64,000 nt of DNA from a virus (taxonomy: Duplodnaviria; Caudoviricetes): IMG/VR virus record IMGVR_UViG_3300006153_000012, positions 1-64,000 of that record; one strand, given 5' to 3'. The position numbers and the translations under genes are program-made. The notes beneath the pieces were generated by a model, which worked only from the letters and a program-made list of their open reading frames with translations, did no database searches and was not told the DNA's origin. How positions within the stretch are numbered: the first letter of the stretch is position 1; each line of letters opens with the position of its first letter. Below, piece after piece: positions 58,735 to 64,000 of the stretch.

Positions 58735-59208
58735 TCACAAATGCTTAAATATGTAGTCTAGGTCTGTTATAACAATTTTAGTTCCCTGATAATATTTATT
58801 CATTATCTTCTTGGCTTTTGCATCAATTTTTCTCATTAAATCATTTGGAATGGACACATCTTTTCCAGTATGTTCATCTATATACTTTTCGACAATATAT
58901 TTTTCTGTAACGGGACAAATATTTTGTAAAAGAAATGCTGCTTCTCTGCCTTGAACATACCCAAACTCTAAACCATCATACGCTTTATAGCGTTTTAATT
59001 TCTCTTCTAAAAGCTTTCGGTACTTTTCAATCTGTGAAGAAATAGGAATCATCCAATAGATATTTTCATTCTTGATATCTTGAATTGCATAAAAACATGG
59101 TCTTCTATGCAAACTGTTAGAAGTGGTTTCCTTGTTTGCCATTACACCATGTTGTGAGAATTTATTACAATATTCATCTGATAAAAAGTAGAACTTACCC
59201 TTAGTCAT
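58735..59208 (-). CDS. cptN: Type III toxin-antitoxin endoribonuclease (CptN-like)
   Basis: RPCFYAIQD...IYWMIPISSQIEKY...FLLQNICPV; preceded by a repeat array and hairpin. Confidence 0.75.
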   Translation of the reverse strand: MTKGKFYFLSDEYCNKFSQHGVMANKETTSNSLHRRPCFYAIQDIKNENIYWMIPISSQIEKYRKLLEEKLKRYKAYDGLEFGYVQGREAAFLLQNICPVTEKYIVEKYIDEHTGKDVSIPNDLMRKIDAKAKKIMNKYYQGTKIVITDLDYIFKHL

Positions 59209-59226
59209 TTGTACCTCACAATAGAA

Positions 59227-59246
59227 GAGGACTCCGAAGAGTCCTC
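59227..59246 (-). terminator. Hairpin between the antitoxin repeats and the toxin gene
   Basis: GAGGACTC-TTCG-GAGTCCTC. Confidence 0.75.
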
Positions 59247-59350
59247 AATATTTTGCCCCTGTGCTTTTATTACTCGCCTTACAGGTGGCGAGAAATATTT
59301 TGTCTCCGTGCTTTTATATGCCGCCTTACGGATGGCGGAAAAATATTTTG
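59247..59350 (-). ncRNA. Type III antitoxin RNA (CptI-like), ~2.2 repeats of 47-48 nt
   Basis: AAAATATT-anchored repeats, each with an H-type pseudoknot (CCGCC/GGCGG + UCCGU/ACGGA; CUCGCC/GGCGAG + CCUGU/ACAGG); promoter TTGACA-N17-TAATAT at 59398-59426. Confidence 0.8.
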
Positions 59351-59466
59351 AGTCAAAAGACTATAAGAAGAATGTGTTTATTCCTCTTGTAATTATTATA
59401 TTACACTAGATGGGTTTTGATGTCAAGAAAATATTGGGTTCTGCGATAAAATTGGAGATTTATTGG

Positions 59467-60498
59467 CTAGATGAATGCTTCATCGGACTCATCAATTTCA
59501 TCATTGCGAATAATATAGTGATTCTTGGTGGTGCTTACATCGTTATGTCCTAATAATTTTTGTGCAACTTCAGCGGATTTATGTTCATAAACTACTATGT
59601 TAGTTGCTCTTGATTCTCGGAACTGGTGGGGATGACAACGTCTTCCAATGATTTTTTCAAATTTTTTGCACCAACCATTAAAGGTATCTTCGCCAACCTG
59701 TCTAGTTTTACCGTTTTTATATTTTACAACAAACATATATGGGCAATCGTCTTCACCACGCACTTCTAACCATTTTTTCATCCAATACATAGCATCTTCG
59801 CCAAATTTCAATTTTCTTGGTTTGCCAACAACAGATGCTCCTTTGCAACGAATAATATGTGTTTGATACGATTTTGAGATTGCTTCTTTTTCATTTCCAT
59901 CTTCATCAACAATTTTAATTTTTCTTTCTTTTGCTGGATAATCAACGACTTCTTTTAAAAGTTGTCTTGATTCTGCACGTCTGCAGCCGGTTGAATATGT
60001 AAAAACTAGATATGCTAACTTTTGCCACTCCTCACGTTTCTCTAATTCTTCGCAAAGCATTATATATTCATCTGGAGTAAGAGGTTCTTTAGGATATACA
60101 TTTCCTGTTTTTACTACTTTCAGTCCAACAGTGAAATTCCTAAACGTAGGATACTCCTCTTCGTACATCATCATTACATAATTGCAAAATGAGCTGACAC
60201 TTGATTTTTTGAATTTGATAGCTGAATCAGATAATCCTCTATTGGTGACCCAGTTTAAATATCTGACATATTCTTTCTTCTTTATATCCAAAAAACTTTT
60301 ATTATTTAGATTCTGTTTTACCCAGTAAAAGAATATCCGCAATCCTGACTTATAGGCAATTTTTGATTTTACTGCAAGATCAGTTTGATTGTCTAAATAT
60401 TCTTGAACCATATTTCTATTAAATTCAAGAACTTCCGTCCACATTTCATCTGTTATATCATCACTACGTTTAGCATTTTTACCGTCCACATTTCTCAC
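59467..60498 (-). CDS. Second tyrosine recombinase
   Basis: YSTGCRRAE, HQFR, LLGH, TTKNHY. Confidence 0.85.
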   Translation of the reverse strand: MRNVDGKNAKRSDDITDEMWTEVLEFNRNMVQEYLDNQTDLAVKSKIAYKSGLRIFFYWVKQNLNNKSFLDIKKKEYVRYLNWVTNRGLSDSAIKFKKSSVSSFCNYVMMMYEEEYPTFRNFTVGLKVVKTGNVYPKEPLTPDEYIMLCEELEKREEWQKLAYLVFTYSTGCRRAESRQLLKEVVDYPAKERKIKIVDEDGNEKEAISKSYQTHIIRCKGASVVGKPRKLKFGEDAMYWMKKWLEVRGEDDCPYMFVVKYKNGKTRQVGEDTFNGWCKKFEKIIGRRCHPHQFRESRATNIVVYEHKSAEVAQKLLGHNDVSTTKNHYIIRNDEIDESDEAFI

Positions 60499-60575
60499 TT
60501 CCTTCCGTCCAATAAGTAACCAGCCTCATCACTGGTAGACACACTACTTGCACCGTGTATATAATCTCTATAAAA

Positions 60576-61343
60576 TTATTTGAAATATTCAAGCAGTTTT
60601 TTCGTCAACCAAATTTGTCCTTTCCCAGTAAGTAAAGGGGTATATGTAATATATGTTTTCCCATTTCTTTCATTTGTTCTTTCTTTATATTTCATGTATC
60701 CGCTATCTAACATTTGTTGCGATGGTTTGTTTTTTAAATTATGGCTTGAACATAAATACTCTCTTTTCCTACACCAATCCAATATCTTATTTCTGCCAAA
60801 TGAAACTTTGTTATTATTTTGAAATGAAGCAGCAAATTTTCCAAAGTTAATGCAGTTTTCAGCAACACTTACTGCATCATGAAATTCTGCTTTTGGAATA
60901 AGTGGCGCAGTAGCTTTATTTACTTCGAGTTCAACAAGTCTGTTATGTGCAGATGCAACTTCTAAAGGATCTTTGCTGAAAAGTTTAAGTTTGAGTTTTT
61001 CTTCTTCTGAAAGATAATCACCAGACTTAAGAGTTTCTTCCATTTTATTGAAAGCTTCTATGTATTTTAATTTCCACTGTAAAGCTTCTTTCCCAGTAAA
61101 TCCCATTGCAAGAAGTGAAAATCCATCTCGATTCATAAGATAGCATTTATAAGTTTTACCTCGTGAATTTTGATATGTACTTTCCACAAACATTTCACTG
61201 TCCAAATTTGGACAGTCAGATTTAGAAATAATATCTTCAATATCTCTAATAACATGATTATGAGATTTACCGAATTTCTCTGCAACATCTAAACTGCTTG
61301 CTAAAATTTTTCCATCTTGATTAAATAATGTAATATCACTCAT
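60576..61343 (-). CDS. Rha-family regulator with antirepressor (ANT/KilAC) domain
   Basis: SSLDVAEKFGK.H..V.RDI...MNRDGFSLLAMGFTG; LIPKAEF...GRNK...LTGKGQ. Confidence 0.85.
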   Translation of the reverse strand: MSDITLFNQDGKILASSLDVAEKFGKSHNHVIRDIEDIISKSDCPNLDSEMFVESTYQNSRGKTYKCYLMNRDGFSLLAMGFTGKEALQWKLKYIEAFNKMEETLKSGDYLSEEEKLKLKLFSKDPLEVASAHNRLVELEVNKATAPLIPKAEFHDAVSVAENCINFGKFAASFQNNNKVSFGRNKILDWCRKREYLCSSHNLKNKPSQQMLDSGYMKYKERTNERNGKTYITYTPLLTGKGQIWLTKKLLEYFK

Positions 61344-61607
61344 TTTTATTTTCTCCTTTTATTCAAAAATATTATTTTCAGTAAAAGGAGAGTGGGAGGT
61401 AATTATCCTCCAAGGCTCTCCATTGTTGGTGTGGTAGGAACATACCCTACACATGCGTACCACCAATGGTTTATCCGTCTAAAGGTAATCAGTCGCTTCA
61501 CTGATCGGCAGTTACTTTCACTCACTACAAATCTCTAATTTATATTTCTCCAAACAAAAAAGACTTACGCTCATTTTCTGATCATAAGTCTTCAGGTACT
61601 ATTCAAT

Positions 61608-61754
61608 TCAATTTTCTAATTTCTCAAGCAACTCCTTCACAGTGATTTCCTCTCCAATAGATATACATTCATTTATACGATAGGAGAGTAGTTCTTTGAG
61701 AATAGTCAATTCATCATCTGTTAATTCTACAGATTTTACAGTTTTATCATACAA
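61608..61754 (-). CDS. Small hypothetical protein (48 aa, below the ORF-track cutoff)
   Basis: SD GAGGTG plus TTG; MYDKTVKSVELTDDEL... Confidence 0.5.
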   Translation of the reverse strand: MYDKTVKSVELTDDELTILKELLSYRINECISIGEEITVKELLEKLEN

Positions 61755-61783
61755 TGCTGTTCACCTCGTGGATAATAAAAAAA

Positions 61784-62758
61784 TTAGGCAGTCAAACCTA
61801 ATTCCTTTTCTAAAATACTTTCTATTTTATCAAAATCCCAATACCAAATTTCTATAAGTTTAATGTTGTGATCCTTTGCGTATTGCCTTTTTCGTTTATC
61901 ATGTTCTTGTTGCATAATTAGCTTTTCTATTGTTTGGCACTTGTTCAATAAACTTCCATCATGATATTGTCCTTGGTATTCTAAAAGAATATTATTTTTA
62001 GGAAAATAAAAGTCATAAAATAAAATACCATTATTAACACCAATTAGGTCGTCATATGATTTTTGCCATACATAATCAATACTTTTGTTTATGCAAAAAT
62101 TTCTTATTTTTAGTTCTGCCTTAGAAATATTACAAAATGGACATCCCTGCCCTTGTATGAAATTATTTGCTTTCATTTCAAATTTATTTCCACAAACTAA
62201 ATGTTTTATCAAAATCTTTTCACAAGAAAGATTATATTTTGAAAGTAGTACATATTCTCCTTGACTTCTATTATCAAATTTTTCTTTAAAAGATTTTTGA
62301 TTGTCTCTCAATTTATTTGATATTCTATTATGTAAGCAATCTTTGTTTGTACACCTACATCCATTATTAATAAATTTAGTTGGTTTCATAAGAAAATCAG
62401 TATTACAAACATTGTGATGAAATATAACATTTTTATATCTACCTTTATATTTTGATTTTACTGTATATTCTTTACCTACTAAATTATAAATTTCTGCTTT
62501 AAAATCATCATCAGTCATTAGCTGATTTTTTGATAATCGTAAACTTTTACAAAATGGACATTGTTGTCCGCTTAATATATTTGATGGTGTCATATCAAAA
62601 TTTTTATTACAAGTATTATGCCTAATTTTTATTTTTGTTTTCGCATTAACATATTTCCCAATTACTGAATATTCTTTGTCATACTTTTCTTTAATTTCTT
62701 TTACAAATTCCTCTTGAGTTTTCCTTTTTGACATTTTGTAACAACTCCTTCGTAACAA
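61784..62758 (-). CDS. Putative homing endonuclease: zinc-ribbon repeats plus Vsr/DUF559-like nuclease
   Basis: Three H..C...F.M.P.....G..CP.C repeats; YDFYFP...LLEYQG.YH. Confidence 0.75.
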   Translation of the reverse strand: MLRRSCYKMSKRKTQEEFVKEIKEKYDKEYSVIGKYVNAKTKIKIRHNTCNKNFDMTPSNILSGQQCPFCKSLRLSKNQLMTDDDFKAEIYNLVGKEYTVKSKYKGRYKNVIFHHNVCNTDFLMKPTKFINNGCRCTNKDCLHNRISNKLRDNQKSFKEKFDNRSQGEYVLLSKYNLSCEKILIKHLVCGNKFEMKANNFIQGQGCPFCNISKAELKIRNFCINKSIDYVWQKSYDDLIGVNNGILFYDFYFPKNNILLEYQGQYHDGSLLNKCQTIEKLIMQQEHDKRKRQYAKDHNIKLIEIWYWDFDKIESILEKELGLTA

Positions 62759-62761
62759 TTT

Positions 62762-62944
62762 TTATGAAATAAGATATATATTCTTGTCTATATTCCATTT
62801 CTCTAAATTTTTGTTTAATAGTTCTGTTTTCGCAAACAAAAAGACCAAAAATCCTTTTGATTTCTGGTCTGTATCAATCTTTATAACTGGATTTCCATTT
62901 TCAATTAAATAATTTGCTAATCGCTTACTCTTGCAGACAAACAA
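62762..62944 (-). CDS. DUF5659-like small protein
   Basis: CKSKRLANYLIENG...LVFLF. Confidence 0.6.
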   Translation of the reverse strand: MFVCKSKRLANYLIENGNPVIKIDTDQKSKGFLVFLFAKTELLNKNLEKWNIDKNIYLIS

Positions 62945-62962
62945 AATGATTCACCTCATGCC

Positions 62963-63238
62963 CTATACATTTACGATACTTTTTAAAGTTTTTGACGCTT
63001 TAAACTTTGGAGATTTAGAAGCTGGGATAGTAATTGTATCTCCAGTAGCCGGATTCCGACCCTGACGTTCTGCACGTTCTACAACTTCAAAAGTTCCGAA
63101 ACCAACCAACTGTACCTTATCACCATCTACAAGCGCATCTGCAACAACATTAGTAAACGCATTGATTACCTTCTCGACATCTTTCTTGGAAATTTCACTC
63201 TTTGAAGCAACTGCTCCGATTAATTCAACTTTATTCAT
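62963..63238 (-). CDS. hup: HU family DNA-binding protein
   Basis: MNKVELI...GDKVQLVGFGTFEV.ERAERQGRNPATG. Confidence 0.95.
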   Translation of the reverse strand: MNKVELIGAVASKSEISKKDVEKVINAFTNVVADALVDGDKVQLVGFGTFEVVERAERQGRNPATGDTITIPASKSPKFKASKTLKSIVNV

Positions 63239-63427
63239 AATTTTTAAATCCTTTCATTTTTAAATTAAAATAGGAGAGCAGTAGTCCACTCTCCAACGCA
63301 TGTGTTTGTGGCTTTTTCAATCAAAAATAATCGCCCACTCGTGACGATTTTGTTTGTTAAATAATATTTCATAACTTTCCACTCTGTAGTACAATAATAT
63401 CATCACACAAGAGAGGAGATGAGCAAT

Positions 63428-63559
63428 ATGGCGACTACAGGAGAAAAGCCAGGATCAGGTACATATACCTGTGATAATTGCGGACAGGTGGTTGTATTGG
63501 ATGATAACACAGATACGTTACCTCCTTGCCCGAAATGTAATGGTACAGAGTATCATTAA
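63428..63559 (+). CDS. Small zinc-ribbon protein (43 aa)
   Basis: MATTGEKPGSGTYTCDNCG...LPPCPKC; SD AGGAG. Confidence 0.75.
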   Translation: MATTGEKPGSGTYTCDNCGQVVVLDDNTDTLPPCPKCNGTEYH

Positions 63560-63736
63560 TCCGCAAGTTTAAAATGTTTAATATTGAAAGGTTTGCAAAA
63601 CCATTGAGTCCAAATATCGAGATATCGTTCTCCTGTTTGGACTCGATATTTTGTATAATAGGTTAGAGGTAATAACTGTTTTATATAAAATAAAAATTTA
63701 TTCATAAATCCTCCGCTTGAAATTAGTAATTCGTGG

Positions 63737-64000
63737 CTAATCTAATACAATAACTTTTGTTTTATCTTTTATAATATTTCCGTTCTTGTCCTGGCACACA
63801 ATAGCAAATCCCATTTTCTGAGGTTTTTGCAATCTACCGTCAGAATATCTCATTTTGTTTACATCACAAAAAGCACCTTGTTCAAGTAATCTAATATATC
63901 CTTTTTCAGAATCGCCAACAGAGTGAGTATGAGCCATTACAACTGTATCGAAAGACTCTTTATCTGTATCCTGTAAGTAATCTTTTGCCTTATCCGCTGT
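63737..64000 (-). CDS. Partial metallophosphoesterase-like protein (C-terminus; runs off the window)
   Basis: Frame open to the window edge; VVMAHTH motif. Confidence 0.55.
   Translation of the reverse strand, partial: TADKAKDYLQDTDKESFDTVVMAHTHSVGDSEKGYIRLLEQGAFCDVNKMRYSDGRLQKPQKMGFAIVCQDKNGNIIKDKTKVIVLD

Larger units (their letters stand above)
1..64000. mobile_element. Large temperate siphovirus genome segment (Firmicutes phage, SPbeta-like organisation)
   Basis: Terminase, portal, capsid, tail, lysis genes, integrase/xis/attP, RNR and dUTPase; no host housekeeping operons in the window. Confidence 0.95.

Noticed and set aside
59247-59350. CRISPR mini-array
   Set aside because: Repeats are contiguous pseudoknot units without unique spacers, upstream of a type III toxin; no cas genes. 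The BspA DNA repeats and attP 12-mers were rejected as CRISPR for similar reasons.
1-64000. Alternative genetic code or suppressor tRNA
   Set aside because: Genes translate full-length in the standard code; no CUA/UCA-anticodon tRNA is seen, and the TMP breaks are insertions, not in-frame stops.

Overview
The whole window is phage DNA: a large temperate siphovirus of a low-GC Firmicute (probably Lachnospiraceae/Clostridia; SPbeta-like gene order). The left end (+ strand) has nucleotide-metabolism genes (nrdD, GIY-YIG endonuclease, nrdG, dut), then xis, an intact attP with a tRNA-Pro 3' half, and a tyrosine integrase. Phage genes lie on both sides of attP, so this is the excised or virion form. 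Most of the rest is the minus-strand late operon: terminase, portal, protease/scaffold, capsid, connectors, tail tube, holin, endolysin, tape measure, baseplate and fibres. Main finding: the tape-measure gene is in three pieces that rejoin in frame if two group I-type introns are spliced out (about 2429 aa). One is a canonical 1.35-kb group I intron carrying a MazF/PemK-like toxin gene instead of a homing endonuclease. The other is a ~9.96-kb group I-like intron with clear P1 and P10 pairings, an atypical core, and a cargo of lipoproteins, DUF262 proteins, a nitrilase operon and repressors. Its 3' splice-site module occurs four times. Each copy is preceded by hairpins with a constant CUCCAC(A) loop complementary to a GUGGAG loop in the core, and two copies double as promoters on the opposite strand. 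Also present: type I and type III toxin-antitoxin loci, LexA-like boxes, probable ATC starts and degenerate tRNAs. All calls are by eye; splicing is inferred, not demonstrated.
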